Origin: Nitrosopumilus sp.
GTDB taxonomy: Archaea; Thermoproteota; Nitrososphaeria; Nitrososphaerales; Nitrosopumilaceae
Length of the DNA stretch: 64,000 bases
Direction of reading: 5' to 3'
Assembly (NCBI GenBank): GCA_965223425.1
Contig: OZ245003.1
Location: forward strand, 256,001 to 320,000
Made by a program: the position numbers and the translations under genes. The notes beneath the pieces were generated by a model. It searched no databases. It was given only the letters and a program-made list of their open reading frames with translations, and was not told the DNA's origin. This document shows positions 10,646 to 20,943 of this stretch, piece by piece (positions within the stretch are counted from its first letter, which is position 1; each line of letters begins with the position of its first letter).

Positions 10646-11761
10646 ATGGGAATGGAATTTTATGGTGATGATTTTCAGGGTGCCGATGTTGCACCGTTTG
10701 TTGGAATTAACACCTTTTTGCATCTCCCTTGGGTAAAGAATCATCAAGAGTTAGTTGAAGCAAAACCTGATGTTGCAATTATTGGAGAACCATTTGATTT
10801 TGGTACTACTATTCGCCCTGGAGCAAGATATGGGCCAAGAGCAATTAGAGCAGCATCTACAATTCCATCACCTCCATTTGAAAGATTTAACATTGAAACT
10901 GGCGCAGATCCATTTGGAACTTTTCGTACAGTAGATTATGGTGATGTTGTAGTCTCACCAGGTGATGTAATAGAATCACACAAAAGAATGACTTTGAAAG
11001 TCAAAGAAGTTTTAGAACAAGATGGAATTCCTGTAATGCTTGGAGGAGACCACTCAATTACATATGCAAACGTTAGAGCTTTTCAGAAAAAATTCAAAAA
11101 CATTGGCATGATTCATTTTGACACGCATGCTGACTGTGCGCCACAAGGATTAACTGGTTTCAAGTATGATCATGGTGCACATATTAGACGAATAATGGAA
11201 ATGGGTTGTCTCAAGGGAAAAAATTATTCTCTTGTAGGTCCAAGAGGATATTGGCCCGGACGTGATTTGTACAAATGGATGTCAGACCAAGACTTCCAAT
11301 GGTTTACAATGCTTGATGTTGAAGAATTAGGAATTGATGTAATTGCAAAAGAAATAGCTGACAGGGCAAATGATGGAACAGACGCTGTTTATCTTAGTTG
11401 GGATATAGATTCTTTTGATCCTGCTTTTGCACCTGGTACCGGAGAACCTGAACCAAACGGGCTAACATCAAGAGAAGGAATTAGAATGATCCGTTTACTA
11501 TCAAAGTCATTTGATCCTGATAGATTTGCAATGGACTTGGTAGAAATCGCACCAGCATATGATGTTAGTGATACAAGTTCTTACAATGGAGGAATTACAT
11601 CTGGACTAGGACAAAGATTAGTTGTAGAACTATTAGCTGGATTGTCATTAACAAAGAGAGGTTTGAATGGAGGAGATCCTGTGAGACCAAAAGATTACAT
11701 GGGTACTGGAAACACATACAGTTTTGGTAATCCCACTTCTGAAATACCAAAGAGAGATTAA
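10646..11761 (+). CDS. Ureohydrolase (agmatinase/arginase family); substrate not established
   Basis: RPGARYGP, GGDHS, HFDTHAD, SWDIDSFDPAFAPGTG, VEIAP metal-binding motifs. Confidence 0.9.
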   Translation: MGMEFYGDDFQGADVAPFVGINTFLHLPWVKNHQELVEAKPDVAIIGEPFDFGTTIRPGARYGPRAIRAASTIPSPPFERFNIETGADPFGTFRTVDYGDVVVSPGDVIESHKRMTLKVKEVLEQDGIPVMLGGDHSITYANVRAFQKKFKNIGMIHFDTHADCAPQGLTGFKYDHGAHIRRIMEMGCLKGKNYSLVGPRGYWPGRDLYKWMSDQDFQWFTMLDVEELGIDVIAKEIADRANDGTDAVYLSWDIDSFDPAFAPGTGEPEPNGLTSREGIRMIRLLSKSFDPDRFAMDLVEIAPAYDVSDTSSYNGGITSGLGQRLVVELLAGLSLTKRGLNGGDPVRPKDYMGTGNTYSFGNPTSEIPKRD

Positions 11762-12162
11762 TGAAAATTGAAGTATTAGTACAGGGAGATTCTGATGTCA
11801 AACCCTATACTAAAACATATCATTATGATAAATCTGATGAATTGATCTTCATCGAATCTACAAAATTGATTAAAAAACATCTTTCAAACAATATGCGATT
11901 AAACATAAACGAAACCCTTGGATTGTTTATTGCATATATCATAACTTCGTTAAATGAATGTAAAACCCTTCTTGAAATTCAAGAACACATTCCAAAACTC
12001 CTTTTACCTCATCAAGTTATGATTGGTGTTCCTGAAAGCATGAGAAAATTGACTTTTACACTAACAACAAATGATATTGGTACTAAACAAATGTCTATTG
12101 TAACGCCGATACTCATTGATCAACACTTTCTTCATGAACAAAAACAGACAGTATGGGAGTAG
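11761..12162 (+). CDS. Urease gamma-subunit-like protein, translationally coupled (TAATG) to the ureohydrolase
   Basis: LNINETL...LLLPHQVMIGVPESM...IVTPI parallels UreA LNYPEA...VMEGVPEM...VHNPI. Confidence 0.65.
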   Translation: MKIEVLVQGDSDVKPYTKTYHYDKSDELIFIESTKLIKKHLSNNMRLNINETLGLFIAYIITSLNECKTLLEIQEHIPKLLLPHQVMIGVPESMRKLTFTLTTNDIGTKQMSIVTPILIDQHFLHEQKQTVWE

Positions 12163-12171
12163 TGAGAGTGA

Positions 12172-12930
12172 TTGATTGAGACAATAATGGGAATGCTACA
12201 AGCCAATAATCCTTTTCTGATAATAATTGCAGGCTTGACAATTGGGTTATTGCATGCTTTTGAGCCTGACCATCTCAGTTCTGTTTCCACACAACTATTA
12301 AAAAATAATAACAAAACAAGCGATTCCAAAAAATCTAATTTGACGAGTTTGACCATTGCCTCTTCATTACGAGGAATACTTTGGGGAATGGGTCACACAT
12401 CCAGTATAATTTTGATTGGTTTGTTGATTGCAGGTTTATCATTGAACATTCCAGAGAATTTTTTCATTAGTGCAGAAGTTCTTGTTGGTTTTATGTTAAT
12501 TACTTTAGGAATTTTTGCATTTACAAATAAAACTATCTTTAAACAAAAACATGTTCATCCTCACACACACAAAAATGGAATTTCTCACACTCACTCTCAT
12601 TCACATAATTTAGATCATAAACATACTCACAAATCATATCTTATAGGATGCGTTCATGGAATTGCCGGTAGTGGTAGTCTTGTGGCGTTAGCCGCATCTA
12701 CTATGGCTGGACTTGATATGATGATTTACTTTCTAATCTTGTTTGGGATTGGTAGTATAATTGGCATGACTGTTGCAAGTGGTGTTATGGGGCTACCAAT
12801 AATCTTATTATCAAAAATAAACTCTGCTACTAAATATCTAAGATATGCAATTGCTGGCATCACTTTTATCATCGGTCTTGATATTGTAATTACAATTGCA
12901 CTAGATAACAAACTATTTTCATTAAACTAA
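12172..12930 (+). CDS. Nickel/cobalt permease (HoxN/NixA/UreH-like)
   Basis: GLLHAFEPDH, WGMGHT, HxHxH-rich loop, GCVHGIAGSG. Confidence 0.85.
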   Translation: MIETIMGMLQANNPFLIIIAGLTIGLLHAFEPDHLSSVSTQLLKNNNKTSDSKKSNLTSLTIASSLRGILWGMGHTSSIILIGLLIAGLSLNIPENFFISAEVLVGFMLITLGIFAFTNKTIFKQKHVHPHTHKNGISHTHSHSHNLDHKHTHKSYLIGCVHGIAGSGSLVALAASTMAGLDMMIYFLILFGIGSIIGMTVASGVMGLPIILLSKINSATKYLRYAIAGITFIIGLDIVITIALDNKLFSLN

Positions 12931-12934
12931 ATTT

Positions 12935-13205
12935 TTAAAATAAATTGTAGTCTTGCCATTGAAACCTCACTTGTAGGATCTACAGTTGCAATTTTTCCAT
13001 CAGCTTTTGCTTCATATGTTTCAGGATTAACCTCGATGTTTGGTGTTAGATCATTATACATCATGTCTTTTTTTCCAATAAAACGACAATTTTTCCATTT
13101 CTTATTCCAATGTCTGCTTTAACAATTCCTAGAATAGGATCCATTACAATTGCATTTGTAATTACAAAATCAAGTGATTTTGCTCTAGTCATTCCGCACC
13201 CCATG
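12935..13205 (-). pseudogene. ureC: Collapsed urease alpha subunit relic
   Basis: Minus strand carries the N-terminal piece LDFVITNAIVMDPILGIVKADIGI joined to the C-terminal piece KNCRFIGKKDMMYNDLTPNIEVNPETYEAKADG...YNLF*. The catalytic core is deleted. Confidence 0.8.
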
Positions 13206-13482
13206 CAACACCAAATCCTGGAATGAACATTAGTAGTTCAATAGTTGTGTTATGTGTGAAGATTACAAATGCATCAACATCTAAAACAAGTTCTTCAAAT
13301 TCAGATTTTGATGTTAATTCACATTAAGATGTTATTTTGACATTGTATCAATCAGTTACGCAGAACCTCCTAGAGTCAGCTAAATTCATCTTGGATGCAA
13401 GAGAATCCTGAAGAGAAAGTAGAATTTAGGCATAAAATAAATGATTTTATTAAATGAAAACAAGGGAAACCAGCAATTAAAA

Positions 13483-15669
13483 CTACCTGTAATAGGAAGC
13501 TACTAGTTTTTCGCCTAATTTGAGGTCTTTTTGTTCTCTAACTTTCTTCACTGCTTCTTCAAAGTGTTTCATGGTTACTTTGGCATCAATACTTTGTTTT
13601 TCAATATCCTTGACATCTGGATTGTCATCTAGGAATTTGTGAATGACTAGAGAAACTGCAGTATTGGCAATAGATGCCGTGTCTGCACCACTAAGTCCGT
13701 CAGTTATTTCAGCAAGTTTGTTAAAATCAACATGATCAGGATCACTTTTTTCGACGACTGTTGGTATTTTTTCAGCATTAATTTTCAAAATACTCTTTCT
13801 GCTTTCTTTATCTGGAAGCGGAATCTGAATGATCTTATCGAATCTTCCTGGCCTTAATAATGCAGGATCTATCATATCTGCTCTATTTGTTGCAGCCAAA
13901 ACTACAACCCCGTGCATGTTTTCCATTCCATCCAATTCTGTCAGTAGCTGACTGACAACTCTTTCACTTACTGCCGTCTCCCCTCCTGCCCCTCGTATTG
14001 GTGCAATGGAATCAATTTCATCAAAGAATACAACACATGGTGCGGATTGACGTGCTCTTTTGAAAATCTCTCTTATTCCTCTTTCGGATTCACCTACCCA
14101 TTTTGATAAAAGTTCAGGCCCTCTTACTGAAACAAAGTTTGCTTCACTTTGTGTGGCAACTGCTTTTGCAAGTAGAGTCTTTCCTGTACCACTTGGGCCG
14201 TGAAGTAAGATGCCTCTTGGCATACTGTGTCCTAGTTTATCATATAGGCCCGGATACTTCATTGGCCACTCTACGGCTTCTTGCAGTTCTCGTTTGACAT
14301 CTTCCAACCCCCCGACATCATCCCATTTTACATCTGGATTTTCAATGAAAACTTCTCTCATTCCTGATGGCGTTACTTCAATCAAGGCTTTTGTAAAGTC
14401 CTCATGATTTACAATTAGCTTGTCCAAAGTCTCTGGGGGTACTTTTTCTTCCTCCAAGTTTAGAATGGGAAGTAATCTCCTCAAACACTTCATTGCCGCC
14501 TCTTTACATAGATATTCCAGGTCTGCACCAACGTATCCATGACTTACTGCTGAAATTTTATCTACATTTACTTCCTCTGACAATGGCATATTTCTGCTGT
14601 GAATCAAAAGTATGTCTTTTCTTCCTTTTTTGTCTGGAACCTTGATCTCGATTTCCCTGTCAAATCTTCCCGGTCTCCTGAGTGCAGGATCGATTGCATT
14701 TGGCCTATTTGTTGCTGAAATGACAATTACTTTGCCTCTGGCCTCCAGTCCGTCCATTAATGACAACATTTGAGAAACAACCCTTCTCTCAACCTCACCG
14801 GTAACCTCTTCTCTTTTTGGTGCAATAGAATCAATCTCATCAACAAAGATAATTGATGGAGCTTTCTCTCTTGCTTCTTTGAAAATTTCTCTTAGCCTTG
14901 CTTCACTCTCTCCATAAAACTTGCTCATAATTTCTGGACCTGAAATACTGATAAAGTGGGCATTACTTTCGTTTGCAACTGCTTTTGCAAGTAGAGTCTT
15001 TCCGGTTCCGGGAGGGCCATACAGCAATACGCCTTTTGGTGCTTCGATTCCTAACTTTTCAAAAATTTCTGGGTGCCTTAATGGAAGTTCAATCATCTCT
15101 CTAACTTTTTTAATCTCATCTGTTAGCCCGCCAATGTCTTCGTATGTGACTTGTGGAACTCCACGTAAGGTCTCCCCTTTTTCTGCAATATGGAAAACAG
15201 TTTTTTGGGTAACTAGGACAGCATCAGCTGCCGGCGTTACTCCTATAACTTGAAAAGTTAAACGTCCACCAAAATATGGAACCATTACGTTATCCCCTTT
15301 AATCAAAGGAACGCTTTCTAAAGCATCTGCAAGATATCTCTCATCAATTGGAGGAATTGCTTCCAGTGGTGCTACTACTACTTTTTCTGCAGCCACTGCC
15401 TTTATCTTTCTAACCGAAATTGTATCTCCAATTGCAATTCCTGAATTATTCCTACCCAACCCATCAATTCTAATAATTCCTTTTCCTTCATCAGACGGAT
15501 ACAAAGGAAGACATTTTGCAACCGTTCTTCTTTTGCCTTTAATTTCTATAACATCGCCAGTAGAGGCATTAAGCGTATCCATGGAATCATAATCAATTCT
15601 TGCTACCCCCCTGCCAACATCTCTTGTATATGCTTCGAGAACTTTGAGAGATAGAGCATTTTGACTCAT
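13483..15669 (-). CDS. cdc48: CDC48/VCP family AAA+ ATPase
   Basis: Two AAA modules ([22 protein letters not shown]) and N-domain [10 protein letters not shown]. Confidence 0.97.
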   Translation of the reverse strand: MSQNALSLKVLEAYTRDVGRGVARIDYDSMDTLNASTGDVIEIKGKRRTVAKCLPLYPSDEGKGIIRIDGLGRNNSGIAIGDTISVRKIKAVAAEKVVVAPLEAIPPIDERYLADALESVPLIKGDNVMVPYFGGRLTFQVIGVTPAADAVLVTQKTVFHIAEKGETLRGVPQVTYEDIGGLTDEIKKVREMIELPLRHPEIFEKLGIEAPKGVLLYGPPGTGKTLLAKAVANESNAHFISISGPEIMSKFYGESEARLREIFKEAREKAPSIIFVDEIDSIAPKREEVTGEVERRVVSQMLSLMDGLEARGKVIVISATNRPNAIDPALRRPGRFDREIEIKVPDKKGRKDILLIHSRNMPLSEEVNVDKISAVSHGYVGADLEYLCKEAAMKCLRRLLPILNLEEEKVPPETLDKLIVNHEDFTKALIEVTPSGMREVFIENPDVKWDDVGGLEDVKRELQEAVEWPMKYPGLYDKLGHSMPRGILLHGPSGTGKTLLAKAVATQSEANFVSVRGPELLSKWVGESERGIREIFKRARQSAPCVVFFDEIDSIAPIRGAGGETAVSERVVSQLLTELDGMENMHGVVVLAATNRADMIDPALLRPGRFDKIIQIPLPDKESRKSILKINAEKIPTVVEKSDPDHVDFNKLAEITDGLSGADTASIANTAVSLVIHKFLDDNPDVKDIEKQSIDAKVTMKHFEEAVKKVREQKDLKLGEKLVASYYR

Positions 15670-15773
15670 ACAGAAAAGCATTCTGTCTAATTTTTATATC
15701 TTTGTGGCAATTCTCCTAAATTACAAGGAATAATCACAAGCTTAAAATTCTCAGTGCGTACGAACCGATCAAC

Positions 15774-16508
15774 TTGGGCAAGAGACCGTTAGTTAGAAGA
15801 CGTGGCCGTGGAGGAAATCAATTCAGGTCTACTTCTACTGGAAAAGTGGGCTCCGGGGCAAATTATCCTCGTTTTCCGCTATCAGAACAACATGCAGGTG
15901 AAATTATCGACTTGGTTCATGAACGTGGCAGAGAAGCACCACTAGCTAAGGTGCGATTTGAGGATGGATCTGTCTCATTTGTTCCTGCAGTATTGGGAAC
16001 TAAAGTAGGCGCAACCTTACAGTTTGGATTAAAATCAAAAATTGAACAAGGAAATGTAATTAGCATTCAAAACATTCCTGATGGAACAATTGTATGTAAT
16101 ATTGAAAAGCACTTTGGAGATGGTGGCGCTATAGTCAAATCTGCAGGCACTGATGCGACTGTTTTTTCTCATGGTGATGAAGGTGTTACTGTTAAACTGC
16201 CATCTGGAAAATTTACTACCCTGAATCCAAAAAACAGGGCAATGATTGGTACCCTTGCCGGCGGAGGAGCCAGTGAAAGACCGTTTATGAGTGCAGGTGG
16301 TAAATGGAGAAACTTCAAAGCAAAAGGAAAGAAATATCCGATTGTTAGAGGTGTTGCTCAGGCAGCTTATGTTCACCCACACGGCGGTGGCCGTCATCAA
16401 CACGTTGGACAAAGTTCAACTGTTTCAAGGGATGCGCCTCCTGGTGCCAAGGTAGGCAGCATTGCTGCCAGAAAGACTGGTAGAGCTAGAATTAAAGAAA
16501 GAAAGTAA
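15774..16508 (+). CDS. rpl2: 50S ribosomal protein L2
   Basis: MGKR...RRGRG, VRGVAQ...HPHGGG, PPGAKVG. Confidence 0.97.
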   Translation: MGKRPLVRRRGRGGNQFRSTSTGKVGSGANYPRFPLSEQHAGEIIDLVHERGREAPLAKVRFEDGSVSFVPAVLGTKVGATLQFGLKSKIEQGNVISIQNIPDGTIVCNIEKHFGDGGAIVKSAGTDATVFSHGDEGVTVKLPSGKFTTLNPKNRAMIGTLAGGGASERPFMSAGGKWRNFKAKGKKYPIVRGVAQAAYVHPHGGGRHQHVGQSSTVSRDAPPGAKVGSIAARKTGRARIKERK

Positions 16509-16557
16509 CTTCTCTTTAACCGAAAATTGATTAATAGCTCACAGAAATATGATTTGA

Positions 16558-16839
16558 ATGTCAAACCAAAGAATTAGAATTTTTGTAACCGGCAAAGTGC
16601 AAGGTGTGTTTTTTCGTCAGGCTCTAAAAGTGATGGCAAAGAAAAACGATGTTTTTGGATGGGTAAAAAATCTCAGTGATGGTAGAGTTGAAGCTGTTTT
16701 GGAAGGAGACGAAGAGAATGTTAATAGACTAATTGAATGGTCTCATGGAGGACCTGCTAATGCTAGAGTTGAAGATGTAGAAATACGCAATGAAAAATTT
16801 ACTGGCGAGTTTTCAAAATTTGATGTTTTGTATCAATGA
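16558..16839 (+). CDS. acyP: Acylphosphatase
   Basis: GKVQGVFFR, GWVKNLSDGRVEA. Confidence 0.95.
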   Translation: MSNQRIRIFVTGKVQGVFFRQALKVMAKKNDVFGWVKNLSDGRVEAVLEGDEENVNRLIEWSHGGPANARVEDVEIRNEKFTGEFSKFDVLYQ

Positions 16840-16856
16840 ATTTCTTCATATGCCTC

Positions 16857-17545
16857 GTAAGATGTTAGGTTGACCACAGCACCTCTAGCAGCTTCTCAGT
16901 CAGGTTCAGCCCCTGCTTGCGCTAGGTCAGCATGCACGTCAGTATCCCTCCGAACATTCTCATGCCACCCTTAGTTGCCAGCCTCTGGCGTATCTTGCGG
17001 TGAATCACGACCTTGCGCAACATGCGTTCGGACTCGTTGTTGGTAGGCTCTATCCTTGGATGCCCCACAAACATGTACAGGTTCTCTACGGCGTTCTCAA
17101 TGATCATGCTAAATCTGATACCGAGATTCTTGTATTCCTTTGCTATTCTCCGGATCCTGCACACCATGGAATTGACGATGCCGCACTCAATTCTTCTGCC
17201 TCATCTTTGCGTCATAGTACAGCGTCTTCAATTTTTCATGCAGCAGCCCAGTATGCACATTGACTGCTGCAGCTTCGGTCTCTTGCAGTATGTGCGACCA
17301 ACAGCGCTGCCGTATTCCAAACGCGTTGTACCAGGCATAACCATCGACAGTCAGCGGCTTGCCCAGACAGTGTGAGTAGTGCAGCTCCACTACAGTAGTT
17401 TGTTGCAGAACTTGGATTCTAGGCACGAAATTTACCCAACTTTTGACTGGCTTAGGCGTGTTATGCAACACCTATGTTAACCACCGGACGTGTTGTGGCA
17501 ACGCATCCCAGTTGTATTTCCGATCCGTGCCTACTTGTACGGTAC
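16857..17545 (-). mobile_element. IS66-family remnant (3' half)
   Basis: TVDGY, QRCWSH and IEPTNNESERMLRKVVIHRK fragments; GTAA terminus at 16857. Confidence 0.75.
17396..17474. mobile_element. 79-bp MITE related to the IS5-type element at 37242
   Basis: Ends tagtttgttgcagaac ... gttatgcaacaccta. Its ttaggcgtgttatgcaaca matches the reverse complement of tgttgcacaacacgcctaa at ~37247. Confidence 0.65.
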
Positions 17546-18251
17546 AAGATTTATAGCTAACGCTGGAGAGATAATTTGGTGGGATGACATGCCAATCACC
17601 TCTGGCGTGCCTTTTCCATCTTGGCAAGCTTGCGTTTGTACAGTCCCTCGTTTCGGGACTCGTATGGTGTCCTGGTCTTGAGTATGTGCCACGCTATGGT
17701 TATCATCTTGTTGGCGACAGTCACTATGGCAAGTGCATGCTTGCCTGCATGTCTTCTCTTGGAAGACTCGTAAACTGCCTTCATTCTAGTATCATGAATT
17801 ACCGCCGTGTTTGCAGCCTCGCACATAACCCAGTTGACCAGACTGTTGGTGTCAAGCTTTTTGATTCTGCCCATGTAGTTTTTGTCGCCTGACTGGTGTA
17901 TCGCCGGACACAGGCCTGCCCATGAGACGAGATTCTTTGGGGTCTCGAATCTGACAATGTCGGCTATCTCGACGGCAAGCAGCAGTGCAGAGTAGATTCC
18001 CATGCCAGTCATGCTGGCAAGAAGTTTTGCATCCTCGTTTAGCGATGCCTCCTTTTCCAGGTGTTCATCCATGTGTCTTATCTCCTCGGTAAGGCCCCTT
18101 ATCTACCGGGCACACTGACTCGGTACTATTTCGTCATGTACGGATCCCAGGCTTGCAGACTCCATCTGTTCTACGGCCTTTATGGCATACATCTCAGAGG
18201 CATCGATTTTCACATCGTATCTGTCAAGCAGGCTGTGGACGCGGTTTATCA

Positions 18252-19603
18252 CAGTAGATGAAAATGTACTCTTGACTCGCCCGGGATCCAAGTTTTAGAC
18301 CAACTGTGAAAACAATTCGGACAGAAAAAGCAATTGATCAGTGCCCCTGTCATTCCTTATGCATTACCAAAAAGATCAACTGGGACACCGTCTTGATACG
18401 GCAGGCAAGGCATTTAAAATGTTGCCTGACATTGTAGACGCGGTAGGCCTCAGCTTCTCTGGGAGACACAACGCGCTATACGGCATGGAGGATTTTATAC
18501 GGGCAGTCATATCGATGTGCAAGTCAGGCTCGTATGCCTCCGGCATCACACAGATGCTCTCAGTACGCCACGCCGCGAGCCGCATACCGTCATCGGTGTG
18601 GGTTCCGGGGAAGATAAGGGACGCATGTTCTGACAGGCACATCATGGAGAAGAGGTGCCGGGAGATGGTGCGCAAGACCGTACTGTGCGCAACACAGGCA
18701 GGCCTCCTGCGCAGAACCCCGCATGTTATGGCAATTGACACGCACAACATACCGCGGTACGACAGGAGCTCCGATACCAGAGAAAAACAGCTGGTGCGCT
18801 CAAAACACAGGAATGGAACCACCAGGTTTGAGGGATACGCCACGATGCAGTGCGTGGACAGGCCCAACCTTGATGTGGCATGCAGGCCCCTCAAAAAGGG
18901 GTACAAACCTGCCTGTATCGTGCGTGATCTGCTGCAGGACTGCGCCGATGTGGGGGTTCGGTGCAAACTGCTGCTGCTGCTTGACCGCGGATTCTTTTCA
19001 AGCGATGTCATAAGGGAGATCCGGCAGGCAGATCACGGATTCATCATGCCGGCATCAAAAACTTTTGCAATAAAAAGGGCAATACTGGATCACCACGACG
19101 GCAAGAGGGATGCAGTCTCCACGCACACGCTTATGACACGCAAGCACAAGCAGGGCCAGTCGTTTCGGCTGGTCATTGTGGCAAAAAAGAAGGGAGATAG
19201 GGGGGGGATGGGATTCGGAGAAGATACCGGACAGATATTTGGCGTATGCCACCAACCTTGACTGCCGTAACCCGCTCTTTGAGACAGAAGGGATTCCAGA
19301 GGAGTACAAAAAGAGGCGGGGCATAGAAACGGGGTACCGGGACGCAGAGAGATCAAGGCCCAAAGCCACCGGCCAGAACGCAGTCATCAGAATATTTCTG
19401 TTCTTTATGGCACTTGTAATGTATAATTTGTGGGTAATATCGGCTGCAAGATCCAGGAGATGCAATGGAGGGCGGCGTGATGTTGCCGTTATTCCTCTGC
19501 TGATAATGTTCGAGCTGATGGAAAAATTTTCTGCTGATGTGGTTCCTGGCAGGGGGATTTGGCTAGAACAGCCGTCTGCTGGCTAGTACATTTTCATCTA
19601 CTG
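18252..19603 (+). mobile_element. ISH3-family element; transposase frameshifted at a G run near 19200
   Basis: Perfect 19-bp TIR cagtagatgaaaatgtact; 5-bp TSD tatca; AIDTH, LDRGFF, RRGIETGYR. Confidence 0.92.
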
Positions 19604-19654
19604 TATCACGCGTGTCCTGTCCTGTACGGTTCTGATCCTCTGTCTGACCATGGC

Positions 19655-19764
19655 CCGGACTCCTCTTGTGTCAGCTGACGGCACATAACACATGCACCGC
19701 CAGCAAAACTATCTGAAGGTAATGGTACCGGACTCCTCTTGTGTCAGCTGACGGCACATAACAC
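19655..19764. repeat. 37-bp direct duplication around a 36-bp filler
   Basis: ccggactcctcttgtgtcagctgacggcacataacac at 19655-19691 and 19728-19764. Confidence 0.95.
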
Positions 19765-20303
19765 TCTGGTATTGAATCCATCCTCAATACGTTTGCTATC
19801 TTTTGTGCGTCAATCTTGTCTGTCTTCTTTCCCGTCTTTGCAATTATTGCCATCTTGTAGGTGTTGGCAAGCTTTATGTCGATTCCATGTCTCTCAAAGG
19901 CGCCGTATGTGATGTTCCACATGTTGCCCGTCGTCTCGCATGCTGCCTGACATCTTCTGGCAGAATACCTGAGTGCCGTCTGTTCTGCGAATCTGTCTGC
20001 ATCTGAGACGGTGTTTTGATACTGGCCAGTATGCAAAACCTTTCCCTTCCAGTCCATGACGCATACGTCACATTTTCTCTTTCCAATGTCTATTCCTATG
20101 CTGATTGTTCCTTTGCTCATCCTTTCTATCACCTCCTTTCGGATCTTTGACGGATCGGAAGCTGCATACACCTATCAGGGCGCAAGGCCCAGTCACACAG
20201 CAGCTCGGACTGCCCCATTCAAGATCAAGGGCGCATGGCCCATATGCATACAGGGGTCGATTCATCACTACAGCTACGACGAGGTGGTTATCATGTGTTC
20301 AAA

Positions 20304-20447
20304 CTAGTGCTCAGGGCTTGTGTATTTTCCTAACCTTTTCTTCCAGACCCACACACCCTTGTTTCCAGTGACAGTAAGGTCGGTGCGCCTGTTCTTTATC
20401 GACCTTGCATACTCGGAGAAGGGGTGAACTACTTTTTGGACTATACA
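20304..20447 (-). mobile_element. IS481-family left-end fragment
   Basis: Near-identical to the start of the copies at 52363 and 56573 (tgtatagtccaaaaagtagttcacccc...). Confidence 0.85.
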
Positions 20448-20451
20448 ACAC

Positions 20452-20943
20452 CTAGAATTCCCATCCTTCCATTCTGAACATATCCATGACATCAATTGTC
20501 TTTATGCTATATTTCTGACAAACGAATGGAATTCTAATCTTCTCTCCTCTGGTTCTTTCCTCCGTTACTACCATTCTTGTCACTGGAGATAAAGTCTGCT
20601 GTAAACTTGTTGTAGCATCTACGGCCAACGCGATAACTCATACATCTGCGTCATATTTTCTAGATTCATTTACAAGAGCAGGATATTCTCTCAACATGTC
20701 CGTAGCAATTTCTATCTGTCTATTTGTTGGTTCTCGAAACAAACCCGTCTGTTCTTTAGCCCACTCTGCTAACTGATCATCTCTCTGAGTTATCTCGTAC
20801 AGTACTTCTTTTGGCGCCATCAACAAACCACTTTTGATCAAAGATGTCAGATTTTTCCAAACCGTTGGATAAACATCCATAGGATTGTGTCGATGCAGTT
20901 CTATTAATGACGACGAATCTATGATGTAGTTATTTGGTGTCAT
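20452..20943 (-). pseudogene. DUF4411 (PIN-like) protein with a single in-frame TGA at 20638-20640
   Basis: YIIDSSSLI...KEV...DADV*VIALA...VVTEE...IRIPFVC...MFRMEGWEF*; the frame continues past the stop. Confidence 0.8.

Larger units (their letters stand above)
17596..20120 (-). pseudogene. IS110-family recombinase gene interrupted by ISH3, a stop codon and a duplication-plus-filler
   Basis: GIDIGK, CETTG, KTDKIDA (DEDD domain); SWAGLCP..HQSG; AGGAGGTG RBS before the ATG at 20120. Confidence 0.88.

Noticed and set aside
10646-11761. Guanidine hydrolase (GdmH) call
   Set aside because: It has PGTGEPEP rather than the PGTGWPEP I recall for GdmH, and there is no HypA/HypB-type pair; substrate left open.
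19655-19764. Bona fide CRISPR mini-array
   Set aside because: The repeat is IS110 coding sequence, differs at each of the four sites, and has no leader or cas genes. Reported as an integration-like scar instead.
20638-20640. Stop-codon reassignment (TGA=Trp or TAG readthrough)
   Set aside because: Intact genes here end in TGA and TAG (e.g. acyP, cdc48) and use TGG for Trp.
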